Source: Candidatus Moraniibacteriota bacterium (GTDB lineage Bacteria; Patescibacteriota; Minisyncoccia; Moranbacterales; UBA2206). Taken from it: a stretch of DNA of 64,000 nucleotides. Within the stretch, counting starts at the first letter, position 1. Each line of letters starts with the position of its first letter. The notes under the pieces are model-generated. The model was given only the letters and a program-made list of their open reading frames with translations. It was not told the DNA's origin and did not search any database. Of the stretch, positions 7,711 through 17,977 are shown one piece after another. The position numbers and the translations under genes are program-made. Location: NCBI GenBank assembly GCA_030645735.1, contig JAUSNP010000005.1, positions 72,151 to 136,150 on the forward strand, written 5' to 3'.

Positions 7711-9444
7711 TTATTTTTTGTCTTTTATTTCTAGTGTAATTTTTTCCACAAACTCATCCACACTCATCACAGTTTGATCTTTGGTGCTTCGCGGTCGCAT
7801 GGCTACAGTTTGAGATTCCATTTCTTTTTCACCGACTACGAGCATGTATGGAATTTTTTGTTTTTCGGCGTTTCTGATTCTCTTGCCCAAACCTTCAGCA
7901 GTAGCATCCACTTCAGCACGTACACCAGCGGCAATTAATTTTTCTTTTACTTCAATGGCATAGGCGCCAAATTTTTCTTCTGAAACTGGAATAATCATCG
8001 CTTGAACAGGGGAAAGCCAAGTTGGCAAATCTCCACCCGTGTGTTCAATGAAGATCCCAATAAATCTTTCTAGGGAACCAAAGATTGCAGCGTGTATCAT
8101 GACCGGAATTTGTTTACTGCCATCTTGAGATACATATTCAAGCTCAAATCTTTGCGGCAGTTGGAAGTCGAGTTGAATTGTAGCTAGTTGCCATCTTCTG
8201 CCTAGCGCGTCTTTCATGTCGATATCAATCTTGGGACCATAGAAAGCACCGTCGCCTTCTTTTAATTTATATTGAATATTTTCTTTTGCTAAGGCTTCCT
8301 TTAGATCTGATTCAGCTTTGTTCCAGGTCGGAATTTCTCCCATGAAATTTTCCGGTCGAGTTGAAAGATAAAATTCAGGTTCGATTTCAAAAACTGCATA
8401 ATATTCCTTTACCATTTTTAGCAAAGTCATAATTTCTTCTTCAATCTGACTTTCCATGGCGAAAATATGTGCGTCATCTTGTGTGATTGAGCGCACACGC
8501 AGAAGGCCATTGAGCTGGCCGGATTTTTCATTGCGCATAACTCGTCCAATTTCTGTGTAACGAATAGGCAGCTCTTTGTAGGATCTTTGCTTAGTCTGAT
8601 AAATTCTGATATTGAATGGGCAGTCCATTGGTTTCAAACAATATGTTTCCTCTTCGACATCAAAATAGAACATATCATCCTTATAATGATCCCAATGGCC
8701 GGAAGTTTTCCATAAGATACTTTTAGCTAGTTGTGGAGTTTGAATTTCTAAATTGCCATATTTTTTGCGGATTGATTTTCCAAATTTTTCTAGTTCATTC
8801 CAAATCAACATGCCTTTGGGATGCCAAAAGGCTGAGCCTGGAGCTTCAGGATGAAATGAAAACAGATCAAGTTCACGACCAAGTTTTTTGTGGTCTCTTT
8901 TTTCCGCCTCTTCAATCATGTGCAAATATTCTTTCAAATCGTTTTTGCTTTCAAAAGCCACGCCATAGACGCGTTGCATCTGATTGTTTTTTTCATCTGC
9001 TCGCCAGTACGCACCAGAAATCTTTGTTAGTTTGAAAGCATCAATTTTGATTTCACCAGTTGAATCAAGATGCGGTCCAGAACAGAGGTCAACAAAATGT
9101 CCAGATTTGTAGATTGAAATTTTTTCACCGGCCTCAGCCAATTCATTTAGCAATTCGAGTTTGTAGTCTTGTCTAAGTTTGGCGAAATCACTTTTGGCTT
9201 CCGAAGCTGAAATTTCAGCACGTTCAAATGGGTGATTGGCCTTGATGATGGCCTTCATTTTGTTTTCCAAAATTTCCAAATCTTCCGGAATCAAAGTTCT
9301 TGGCAAATCAAAGTCATAGTAGAAGCCATTTTCAATAGCTGGGCCTGTGCCAAATTTGGCTTCGGGAAACATTTCCAAAACGGCGGCCGCCAAAACATGG
9401 GCAGCGGAGTGGCGAAGAATTTCTAGTTTGTTTTGCTCGTTCAT
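7711..9444 (-). CDS. thrS: Threonine--tRNA ligase
   Basis: Class II aaRS core with HAAIFGSLERFIGIFIEH and an anticodon-binding C-terminus; 577 aa. Confidence 0.9.
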   Translation of the reverse strand: MNEQNKLEILRHSAAHVLAAAVLEMFPEAKFGTGPAIENGFYYDFDLPRTLIPEDLEILENKMKAIIKANHPFERAEISASEAKSDFAKLRQDYKLELLNELAEAGEKISIYKSGHFVDLCSGPHLDSTGEIKIDAFKLTKISGAYWRADEKNNQMQRVYGVAFESKNDLKEYLHMIEEAEKRDHKKLGRELDLFSFHPEAPGSAFWHPKGMLIWNELEKFGKSIRKKYGNLEIQTPQLAKSILWKTSGHWDHYKDDMFYFDVEEETYCLKPMDCPFNIRIYQTKQRSYKELPIRYTEIGRVMRNEKSGQLNGLLRVRSITQDDAHIFAMESQIEEEIMTLLKMVKEYYAVFEIEPEFYLSTRPENFMGEIPTWNKAESDLKEALAKENIQYKLKEGDGAFYGPKIDIDMKDALGRRWQLATIQLDFQLPQRFELEYVSQDGSKQIPVMIHAAIFGSLERFIGIFIEHTGGDLPTWLSPVQAMIIPVSEEKFGAYAIEVKEKLIAAGVRAEVDATAEGLGKRIRNAEKQKIPYMLVVGEKEMESQTVAMRPRSTKDQTVMSVDEFVEKITLEIKDKK

Positions 9445-9731
9445 AGTGTTGTAAAAATAAAATTATTTAAATATGACTGATCCGCCAGTGGGCGGATTTA
9501 TTTTTTCTAGCTAAATCAAAGATTTAGAGAAAAAATAAAAATGCCAAAAAATTATCTGATTTCGAGTCCAGTCGTTTGAGAGCGACGGGAGGTTCCACTC
9601 GAATTCCCATAATTTTTGGGCACTTTGTTGACCAGATTCGTCAGGTCCTACGGAGATTCCATGGTTGGTAGCCACTTCACAATCTCATTTGTTTGTAAGA
9701 TTAGTATAGTATAAAACCACTTTTTTTGCAA

Positions 9732-10241
9732 TTATGTGTTTTTCTTTTTCTTAGAATAGAAAAACCAGCCATAAAGAAGCGCCAAGAGGATTAAATTTGG
9801 AATGTATATAATTGGGTTGCCCCAGCTGATGCCATTGACATGAAAATCAGAGATTGGCCATAAAAATGGTGTTGGGAAGAAGGCATTTGAGTGGGATGGA
9901 ATGTCGATGAGAATATGCAGTCCCCATGCGCCAATTTCCCAAAGCGGTTTTTTTCTAATCAACCAGATTATGAAAAAAATTATCAAAAATATAATCAGAC
10001 TGTGAGTCAGATCGTAAAGGGGATTTACATAGAATGGAAGTGAAGCGTGTTCTGGGCGGAAAGATTGCACTGGCATATCTCCAGAAACAATTCCAAATCG
10101 GATCATGATTCTATGAAAAAAAAGAATGCCGAATGAAAAAAGATCTGGCATGATTCCGAAAAAGAAAGCCAGCCAAAAAAGTTTGTGACTTTTCTGTCCA
10201 AACACGCCGCTGCCCCAGAGTCCATGAGAGATTATATCCAT
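9732..10241 (-). CDS. Membrane-bound metal-dependent hydrolase-like protein (YdjM/DUF457-like)
   Basis: 169 aa, multiple TM segments, His-rich loops (HGLWG, HILIDIPSH); family assignment is tentative. Confidence 0.45.
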   Translation of the reverse strand: MDIISHGLWGSGVFGQKSHKLFWLAFFFGIMPDLFSFGILFFHRIMIRFGIVSGDMPVQSFRPEHASLPFYVNPLYDLTHSLIIFLIIFFIIWLIRKKPLWEIGAWGLHILIDIPSHSNAFFPTPFLWPISDFHVNGISWGNPIIYIPNLILLALLYGWFFYSKKKKNT

Positions 10242-10441
10242 AGGATTATTTTAGCATAAAATAGTTAAGCAGTCTTGGGTTTAGGGTTTATATGATCCGC
10301 TTGCATTTTAGTGGTTATGTCTGTTAGAATGCGGGTAGTTTGGTGGTTCGTTGAAAATATAGGCACATATAATATATGCGCTTTCAATATAAAAACTGGC
10401 TTAATTGAGTCAAAAACTTAACACGGAGGCTGGGTCTACTG

Positions 10442-11179
10442 ATGGCTACTACTAAAAAGAAGAATGGGAAAGTGCATAATAAAGGAAATGACATCTCGGA
10501 AGCCTATTATTTTATTATGCATGGGTGTGCTAATCCGGCACAGCTAAAGCCACACGACTGGCTTATTCTTATCGACTATTCTTTGAAGGCCTGTGCTTCT
10601 GTTATGCGTAAGGTGGCAGAAGAAAGGGGTAGTAAAGCAGTTCTTATGAAGGATATTCTAAATTGTTCAGTTGAGGGAGGGGAATATGGCGAAAAAAGAA
10701 TCACTCCTGATGAGGTCATTCGTGGTCTGCCGGGAGCACTGACCGTCAATGACAAGTGGCTTTTTATTCCTGTGCGCACCTTGGAGTCAAGGGAAAAAGA
10801 TGGCAAGTTTTTTGAAAGACGCTTGTTCATTCTCGCTGATTTCGCCCACCTCTTGATTGTGGATGTGGTATTTCGTAAAGAGCCACAGCCGAATCAACGA
10901 GAGGGTATTAAAAAGCCGTTGTTCGACGAGCATGTTCTGGAATGCAAGGTAATGATCGACAAGGAGTGTCTGAGTATGAAAGCAGATGGATTCTTCGAGA
11001 TCATCATGCGTCATCTCGGACATTCCAAGGATAAATTGGGTGAGTACATAATCAAAAATATCCTGGAAGATGCTGTAACTGAGTTAAGGAAAATACGAAG
11101 TAAGACTGAGAAGATTCAGAAAGAGATGCAGCCATTTCTTGATTTGCGGAGGCGGTTGGGAATTTCTGACTGCATCTGA
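10442..11179 (+). CDS. Hypothetical protein
   Basis: 245 aa; SD ACGGAGG upstream; GC higher than flanks; no recognisable motif. Followed by about 590 bp of non-coding sequence. Confidence 0.5.
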   Translation: MATTKKKNGKVHNKGNDISEAYYFIMHGCANPAQLKPHDWLILIDYSLKACASVMRKVAEERGSKAVLMKDILNCSVEGGEYGEKRITPDEVIRGLPGALTVNDKWLFIPVRTLESREKDGKFFERRLFILADFAHLLIVDVVFRKEPQPNQREGIKKPLFDEHVLECKVMIDKECLSMKADGFFEIIMRHLGHSKDKLGEYIIKNILEDAVTELRKIRSKTEKIQKEMQPFLDLRRRLGISDCI

Positions 11180-11735
11180 GTCGACGCTGCAATTAAAGGA
11201 CAGAGGGGTACTGGCAAAGTTATGCTGGCGCCCCTCTTGTATTTGGATTGTTCAGCGTTTTTATTTTTGCAAAATAAAACAAAGTGTCCATTTTCTTTGG
11301 CAGCAAAGGTCGGTTCTAACTTTCTTTTGGCACACAAAAGAAAGTTACAAAGAAAATGTGCCGCCCAGCAAAATTTAAAAATAAATTTTCAGTTTCTTCG
11401 CTAAAATTCCAATAAGTGTTAGAAAGGCTATCTAGTATGTAATTTTTTAACGCTCATGCGCTGAAATTTAGAAACGCACTTCGTTATGGGCGAATCGGTT
11501 TTTTTGAGTTGTTAGCTTAAAAACTTTTACGCACTCGCGGAATACCAAGATACAAATTGAAACTTACGAGCACTAAAAAATGCTGGTCCGGCGCGGGGCA
11601 ACCGGCATTTTTTTGCGAGAAAGTTGAAAATTTGTCTTGGTATGCAGCTGTGCGGCCTTTTTCTTTTTTGCCACTTTTCTTTTGGGAAAAGAAAAATGGC
11701 GAACTGTATTTTTATGAAATAAAAATAACGTGCAC

Positions 11736-11768
11736 TCAAAAAACTCACCCTTACGGATGAGTTTTTTA
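11736..11768 (-). terminator. Intrinsic terminator downstream of dnaE
   Basis: ACTCACCC-ttac-GG(A)TGAGT hairpin flanked by A/T runs on both strands. Confidence 0.5.
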
Positions 11769-11773
11769 TGTTT

Positions 11774-14700
11774 TTAGAAGATAGATATTTTTGCTTCCGG
11801 AATAATATTTTTCAAGTTTGTTTCGAGGTTGTTGGATTGGGTGATGCAATATGGCGTTTCAAGTTTTTGATTGTTGATGGAAAGATAGACTTTGAGGGCG
11901 CCAGCGTCACAGCGGTCGAAATATTGCGAAAGTTTTTTGAGGACATCTTGCTCGGCGTTGCTAGGTAGGGTGATGATCATTTTGGTGGCATCAGCTTTTG
12001 GCTCTGGTGTCTTTTCGTTCAATTTGCGCGTAGCCAAAATGCGGCTGAATTTTTCCACCTCAGCTTGGTTGATGACGGTGACAGTGTCGCACAGGATTTT
12101 GAAATTGCCATCTTTGTCAGAAATTTTTCCACCCACCAGTACGACCTTATCTTCTTCCCAAACTGCGCCAGTAGTGTCGAGAATTTTTGGGAAAACCAAA
12201 ATTTCCATAGCCGCATCCGTGTCTTCAATAGTCACAAACAACATGGTCTTTTGGGTTTTCAAATAGATTTTGTGAATTTTGGAAATAACGCCACCAACGT
12301 TGATATTTTGTCCGACGTGAGAAGAGTTGATATCTCGAATCGGCACACCCATCTGAGCAAAATAATCCTTGTATTCTCGCGCTGGATGATCACTGATATA
12401 GAGCCCCATCAATTCTTTTTCCCAACTCAGACGTTGTTTTTTGGTAGCCGGTTCACATTCAACCATGGCAATTTCTGGTAGGGCAATTTCCGAGGCACCG
12501 AACAGACTGCCTTGTTGTGAATTCTGATTTTTCTGAAAAGTCTTGGAATGGGAGATGATGTTTTCAATGGAAGCCACCACCTGATTTCTTTCAGCGAGTC
12601 CCTCCAGGGCGCCAACTTTGGCTAAAGCTTCAATAGATTTTTTGTTCAAATCTTTGGTTTGCACTCTTTCGACAAAATCAGTCAGAGATTTGAATTTGCC
12701 ACCTCTTTTTCTTTCCTCCACAATTTCATGCGCTACATTGTGGCCGACATTTTTGATAGCATTGAGTCCAAAACGAATGCGTTCTTTTTTGGTTTCTGGA
12801 TCAATAATTACTGCAAATTCTTCAAAACTTTCATTGATATGTGGCGCCATAACCTCAATGCCCATATCACGACACTCAGAAACTTCAATAGCGACACGAT
12901 CGATGTTGTCTTGGTCAGAAGTGAGTAGGGCGGCCATGAATGGCGCTGGAAAATGCGCTTTCAAGTAGGCGGTTTGATAACCAATGAGTCCGTAGCAAGC
13001 CGCATGAGAGCGATTGAATCCATAACCAGCAAATGGCTCAATGTATTCAAAAACTTTTTCACCAATTTTGCGATCCACACCTTGCGTTACACATCCCTCA
13101 ATGAATTTTATTTTCTGTTCGGCAATCAAGGCAAAAATTTTCTTGCCCATAGCCTTGCGCAAAACATCAGCTTCGCCCAAAGAGAAACCAGCCAAATCGC
13201 GCGCAATTTGCATAACCTGTTCTTGATAAACAGCTACGCCGTAAGTTTTTTTGAGAATCGGTTCCAAATTTGGATGCAGATAGGACATTTTTTTCTCACC
13301 ATGTTTTCGGGCGATGAAATCGGGAATCCAATCCATTGGTCCTGGGCGATAGAGAGCTACCATAGCAATGATGTCCTCTAACTCAGTCGGTTTCAAAAGT
13401 TTCAAGTATCTTTTCATACCAGAACTTTCTAGCTGAAAGACGCCAGTAGTTTCAGCTCGTTGCAAAAGTTCAAAGGCTTTGGCATCATCTAGTGGAATGG
13501 TATCAATATCAACTTCGAGACCTTCTAACTTTTTGACAATGCGCAAAGTGTTTTGAATGATGGTGAGATTTTTGAGTCCCAAAAAGTCCATCTTGAGGAG
13601 TCCAATTTTTTCTACAAAACTGGATTTGGTTGAGGATGAATATTGTGTTACTGTCCCGCCATTTTCACCACCCTTGATGATATTCTGCAAGGGAGTGTAT
13701 TCTGTCACAGGATCTTTGGTAATCACTACGCCACACGCATGCATTGAAGCATGACGAATCACGCCTTCTAAACGTTTAGCGCTGTCGATCAATTTTTTGG
13801 CGCTGGGATCCATGCCATAGAAATCTTTGAATTCTTTGGATTCTTCCAAGGCTTCTTCAATAGTAGAAAATTGCGGAATAAGTTTGGCAGTCTTGTCACA
13901 GAAATCATATGGAATGCCCAAAGCGCGGCCAGCATCACGAATGGCGGCGCGGGCGGCCATAGTTCCAAAGGTGATGATTTGGGCCACATGATCATTGCCA
14001 TATTTGCGACGCACATATTGCAAAACTTCATCACGTCGGTCATCAGCAAAGTCCATATCAACATCGGGCATAGAGACTCGTTCCGGATTCAAGAATCTTT
14101 CAAAGAGCAAATCATATTTGATTGGATCGATGTTAGTGATACCAGTCAGATAGGAAACGAAACTGCCAGCGGCACTACCACGGCCTGGGCCAACAATGAT
14201 GCCTTGGCTACGAGCCCAGTTGGTGAAATCTTGTACGATCAAAAAGTATGAGGCATAGCCAGTTTTTTCAATAACACTCATTTCATAATCCATTCGGTCA
14301 CGATGAATTTTGGTCACGTCGTCACCAAAACGTTTGATGAGACCATCCTCACAAAGTTTTTCCAAATAGGTTTGGGCGGTGAAGCCTGCAGGGAAATCGA
14401 AATGGGGGAGTTGCGTTTCGCCAAGCTTGATTTCCAAATTGCACTTGTCGACAATCTCCTGTGTATTGGCAATGGCTTCAGGAATATAGTCAAAATGCTC
14501 AGCCATTTCTTCTGGACTTTTCAAATACAATTCAAAATCCATCAGATTCATACGATCAGCCTCATCAACTTTGCGGTTGGTTTGGATGCACAAAAGAATG
14601 TCTTGAATTTCGGCGTCTTCTTTTTTGATGTAGTGAATGTCATTGGTCGCCACAACTTTGATGTCGAGTTTTTTGCCCAGCTCAATGAGTCCGCGATTGG

Positions 14701-15277
14701 CAACTTCTTGATTGGGATATTTGGGATGATGTTGAATTTCGAAATAGAAATCACCTTTGCCAAAAATGTCTTGATATTCTAGTGCCAATTCTTCGGCCTT
14801 GGCCAAATCACCCATGATGATGTGGGCGGGCACTTCACCTTGCGCGCAAGCAGAAAGACCGATGAGACCTTCGGAATATTTGCGCAAAGTTTGGCGATCG
14901 ATTCTCGGCTTGTAATAGAATCCTTCCAGATGAGCAATAGTGATGAGGCGCATCAAGTTTTTGTAGCCCGCTTCGTTTTTGGCTAGGATGATCAAATGAA
15001 ATCTTTTTTTATCTTCCGCCGTTGGATTCTTGCTGTGCAAATCATTGGCAGTCACATAGAACTCACAGCCAATAATCGGTTTGATGCCACGCTCTTTGGC
15101 TTTGATATAAAACTCAATGGCGCCATAGAGAACCCCATGATCAGTGATGGCCAAAGAATCCATGCCCAACTCCTTGGCATGATCAAGAATTTTGTCAACT
15201 TTGGCCAAGCCGTCGAGAAGGCTGTAATGAGTATGAACATGTAAGTGGGTAAATTTTGTTTTAGTAGATTCAGACAT
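11774..15277 (-). CDS. dnaE: DNA polymerase III alpha subunit
   Basis: 1167 aa; PHP-domain N-terminus HLHVHTHYSLLDG, polymerase core, OB fold. Confidence 0.95.
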   Translation of the reverse strand: MSESTKTKFTHLHVHTHYSLLDGLAKVDKILDHAKELGMDSLAITDHGVLYGAIEFYIKAKERGIKPIIGCEFYVTANDLHSKNPTAEDKKRFHLIILAKNEAGYKNLMRLITIAHLEGFYYKPRIDRQTLRKYSEGLIGLSACAQGEVPAHIIMGDLAKAEELALEYQDIFGKGDFYFEIQHHPKYPNQEVANRGLIELGKKLDIKVVATNDIHYIKKEDAEIQDILLCIQTNRKVDEADRMNLMDFELYLKSPEEMAEHFDYIPEAIANTQEIVDKCNLEIKLGETQLPHFDFPAGFTAQTYLEKLCEDGLIKRFGDDVTKIHRDRMDYEMSVIEKTGYASYFLIVQDFTNWARSQGIIVGPGRGSAAGSFVSYLTGITNIDPIKYDLLFERFLNPERVSMPDVDMDFADDRRDEVLQYVRRKYGNDHVAQIITFGTMAARAAIRDAGRALGIPYDFCDKTAKLIPQFSTIEEALEESKEFKDFYGMDPSAKKLIDSAKRLEGVIRHASMHACGVVITKDPVTEYTPLQNIIKGGENGGTVTQYSSSTKSSFVEKIGLLKMDFLGLKNLTIIQNTLRIVKKLEGLEVDIDTIPLDDAKAFELLQRAETTGVFQLESSGMKRYLKLLKPTELEDIIAMVALYRPGPMDWIPDFIARKHGEKKMSYLHPNLEPILKKTYGVAVYQEQVMQIARDLAGFSLGEADVLRKAMGKKIFALIAEQKIKFIEGCVTQGVDRKIGEKVFEYIEPFAGYGFNRSHAACYGLIGYQTAYLKAHFPAPFMAALLTSDQDNIDRVAIEVSECRDMGIEVMAPHINESFEEFAVIIDPETKKERIRFGLNAIKNVGHNVAHEIVEERKRGGKFKSLTDFVERVQTKDLNKKSIEALAKVGALEGLAERNQVVASIENIISHSKTFQKNQNSQQGSLFGASEIALPEIAMVECEPATKKQRLSWEKELMGLYISDHPAREYKDYFAQMGVPIRDINSSHVGQNINVGGVISKIHKIYLKTQKTMLFVTIEDTDAAMEILVFPKILDTTGAVWEEDKVVLVGGKISDKDGNFKILCDTVTVINQAEVEKFSRILATRKLNEKTPEPKADATKMIITLPSNAEQDVLKKLSQYFDRCDAGALKVYLSINNQKLETPYCITQSNNLETNLKNIIPEAKISIF

Positions 15278-15317
15278 GATATTTTAATGTGTAATTTTTT
15301 TAATTAATTTTTTCTGT

Positions 15318-15438
15318 TAGATAAGTCTAAGGTCTAATATCTAAAGACTAAATGAAGTCTAAAATATTTAAGTCTAATTTCTTTTTACTTTATACTTTAG
15401 ATTTGTTTTAGTCTTTAGTCTTTGAAATTTAGACTTAT
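15318..15438. repeat. Palindromic array of AAGTCTAA/TTAGACTT motifs (locus A)
   Basis: The left half carries aagtctaa-type units and the right half the reverse-complement ttagtctt/ttagactt units around an AT-rich centre. The same architecture and motif recur at 17841 and 62976. Confidence 0.6.
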
Positions 15439-15665
15439 AAAAAATAAAAAAACCACTATTCTAAAAAATAGGGCTTATGCGTCAAAAACTAATAAAAACT
15501 TTTTCATATGATTGTCTCTTCCTTCATAGCCCGGATTGCTCACTGGGTTTTGCAAGGTAGATTGATATGAAACAAGTATAGCATGGTTTGGAAAATAAAA
15601 GAACCCGCTAGAGACACGCATGAAATGTTCTTCATGGGTCTAGCGGGTTCTGGCGGGCAGGAGCA

Positions 15666-16061
15666 TCACGTAGGGATGCATCCTTGAATATTTTTGCGCA
15701 TTTCATTCTCTCCGGGGTGGGTTAAGGATAGGTTTCGCAGCATTTCATGTGGCTGCGTAATTCTTTGACTAACGCCTTTTTGCCAGTCGGCGTATTGTCG
15801 TCTGGCGATGATGTTTAGGGCGGTATAATAAATAAACCGTCCAACGACATATGCGTAATAGTGTATTGTCGGAATGGTGTTACGCATACATTTTGCAACA
15901 ACACGGCGATTGCGCCATGCCATCACGACACCGATAATGCTGCTGATGCCGGCGACTACCCATGCCATAAAAATTGGGTAGTGAACAACAACCACCGGAC
16001 CCATGGTGACTAGCGCCACCACGAAAATCGGAAAAACAGGAAAAGGGTTGGCCTCTTTCAT
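15666..16061 (-). CDS. Hypothetical membrane protein
   Basis: 131 aa with hydrophobic helices; SD AAAGGAGACAGAGAAAC before the ATG; GC elevated; nested hairpin at 15593-15645 downstream. Confidence 0.45.
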   Translation of the reverse strand: MKEANPFPVFPIFVVALVTMGPVVVVHYPIFMAWVVAGISSIIGVVMAWRNRRVVAKCMRNTIPTIHYYAYVVGRFIYYTALNIIARRQYADWQKGVSQRITQPHEMLRNLSLTHPGENEMRKNIQGCIPT

Positions 16062-16297
16062 GTTTCTCTGTCTCCTTTAATTTTAAAAAAACAAATGTGC
16101 GATTGCAATAAATTATTCAGTCGCACGCTCCAATCTGACTTCAATTGTCGCATAAAAATGAATAAAAGTCAATAGATAAAGACCAATTGGAAGATTGTGG
16201 CTTAAATAAGGGTAAAATTAGCAAAAATTCCAAGTAATAATTTCTACTTATAAGATTGCTACTTAAATATTAGATATCAAGGTATAATTTATTTATT

Positions 16298-16984
16298 ATG
16301 ACAAAACAAAACGCATCTTCATTTGATTTAGAGAAAAAACTTTTGACCAAGGGCTATGTTTTTGTTATTGGTACGGATGAGGCAGGACGTGGACCTTTGG
16401 CTGGACCAGTAGTGGCGGCCGCGGCGATTTATCGCGGGGCAAATTTTGAAATTCCAGAGGAAAAAAAGAAGCTGATGGACTTTGTGCGCGATTCAAAAAC
16501 AGTTTCGCACAAAAAGCGTGAAGAACTTTTTGATTTCATCCATGAAAATTTCTATATCGGTGTGGGAATGTGTGATCACAAAACCATTGATGAAATCAAC
16601 ATTTTGGAAGCTAGCTTTTTGTCGATGAAAAAAGCGCTGTCGGATTTGAAAACAAAGTTTCGCCACGAGATGCCAAATTTTGATAACAATATTATTCTAG
16701 TAGACGGCAACAAAAAAATTCCTAACCTGTCGCTCTATCAAGAAGCGGTCATTGGTGGCGACCGAATTTCCAAATCCATCTCAGCGGCGTCAATCATTGC
16801 CAAAGTCATGCGTGACCGCCTGATGCTCGAGATGCACGAGAAATATCCGCAATATGGTTTCGACAAACACAAAGGCTATGGCACCAAACTGCACATGGAC
16901 GCCCTGCAACAATTTGGCCCATGCGAAATCCACCGCCAAACCTTCGAACCTATGCCCAGCCTTGCTAAAAATAGTAAAAGATGA
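16298..16984 (+). CDS. rnhB: Ribonuclease HII
   Basis: VFVIGTDEAGRGPLAGPVVAAAAI catalytic motif; 228 aa. Confidence 0.9.
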   Translation: MTKQNASSFDLEKKLLTKGYVFVIGTDEAGRGPLAGPVVAAAAIYRGANFEIPEEKKKLMDFVRDSKTVSHKKREELFDFIHENFYIGVGMCDHKTIDEINILEASFLSMKKALSDLKTKFRHEMPNFDNNIILVDGNKKIPNLSLYQEAVIGGDRISKSISAASIIAKVMRDRLMLEMHEKYPQYGFDKHKGYGTKLHMDALQQFGPCEIHRQTFEPMPSLAKNSKR

Positions 16985-17035
16985 TAAATTAGTAAGTAAG
17001 TAAATAAAACTTAATCAGAGAATAATAATAACACT

Positions 17036-17236
17036 ATGTCAACACAGAAACAGAGACACACCAAAGGGCGAAGAGACCGAGCGAGAGCTGAATTGAAGCT
17101 CGTTTCAACTAAACTTGTAACTTGCACAAAATGTGGAGCCAAGATCAAAGCTCACATTACTTGTCCGAAATGCGGATTCTACAAGGGCGTAGAAGTTGTA
17201 GATACGATGAAAAAAGTAAAAAAACTCGCTAAGTAA
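17036..17236 (+). CDS. rpmF: 50S ribosomal protein L32
   Basis: 66 aa, basic N-terminus HTKGRRDRARA, zinc ribbon CTKCG...CPKCG. Confidence 0.85.
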   Translation: MSTQKQRHTKGRRDRARAELKLVSTKLVTCTKCGAKIKAHITCPKCGFYKGVEVVDTMKKVKKLAK

Positions 17237-17320
17237 AAGCGAATTTTAAACTAATAAAAACTAATGAGTGCGTTCGTTCTTATTTGCTCAATATTAGTTC
17301 AGAATTTGTGAGTTATATTT

Positions 17321-17827
17321 ATGGCTAATAGACACCTAGCACGTTCCATCGCAATGCAATCTCTTTATGAATGGGATTTCAAGGGCAAGAAGAACGAGAA
17401 TTTAGATGAGATTGTCAAAAAAAATATTGAAGAATTTGCTCCTGGACTTGAGGACAGTTCTTTTGTTTGTCATTTGGTGAAAAACACAGTAGCCAACCAA
17501 GGCAAAATTGATCCATTGATTGAAAAATGCGCGCCAGAATGGCCGTTGGATCAGGTGACAGTGGTGGATCGCAACATTTTGCGTTTGGGAATTTATGAAC
17601 TTTTGTTTGGCAATTATGAAGATGTTCCACCAAAAGTGGCCATCAACGAAGCCATCGAATTGGCCAAATCTTTTGGCGGTGAATCTTCCGGACGATTTGT
17701 GAATGGTGTACTTGGAACTATCTATCGAGAATTGGGCGAGCCGATGAAGAATGATACATCGAAAAAGAATAAACAGGTTGCGGAGGTCAAGTGTGATGGG
17801 GGTGAAGTGGTGGCCGAGGGGGTATAA
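17321..17827 (+). CDS. nusB: Transcription antitermination factor NusB
   Basis: [14 protein letters not shown]...[21 protein letters not shown] is a NusB fold signature; 168 aa. Confidence 0.85.
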   Translation: MANRHLARSIAMQSLYEWDFKGKKNENLDEIVKKNIEEFAPGLEDSSFVCHLVKNTVANQGKIDPLIEKCAPEWPLDQVTVVDRNILRLGIYELLFGNYEDVPPKVAINEAIELAKSFGGESSGRFVNGVLGTIYRELGEPMKNDTSKKNKQVAEVKCDGGEVVAEGV

Positions 17828-17840
17828 TTAGTTTTTTTTA

Positions 17841-17968
17841 AATCTAAAGTCTAATTACTAAAGTCTAAATAAAGGCTAAAGTTTGAAAGTATAAAGTTTA
17901 AATAAAAAATATTTTAGACTTTAGACTTTAGAACTTCCTTTGGACTTTAAACTTTAGAATTTAGACTT
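17841..17968. repeat. Palindromic array of AAGTCTAA/TTAGACTT motifs (locus B, nusB-rnc spacer)
   Basis: Left half aatctaaagtctaattactaaagtctaaataaaggctaaag; right half ttagactttagactttagaactt...ggactttaaactttagaatttagactt. Confidence 0.6.
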
Positions 17969-17977
17969 CCAAATTTT

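Noticed and set aside
9482-9512. Hairpin ATCCGCC-agtg-GGCGGAT + T8 as the thrS terminator
   Set aside because: The T-run follows the hairpin only on the plus strand, but thrS and its neighbour are minus-strand genes. It lies in the thrS 5' leader, so at most a regulatory hairpin.
11560-11625. SRP/4.5S RNA or other ncRNA in the 590-bp dnaE-downstream non-coding region (hairpin gctggtccggcgcggggcaaccggca + T7)
   Set aside because: There is no match to the conserved SRP domain-IV sequence (GGUCCGGAAGGAAGCAGCC). It is retained only as an unexplained structured spacer.
15318-17968. CRISPR array, considered because of the repeated short motifs
   Set aside because: The units are 7-9 bp with irregular short spacing and are mirrored as reverse complements; there are no 25-40-bp repeats with unique spacers and no cas genes.
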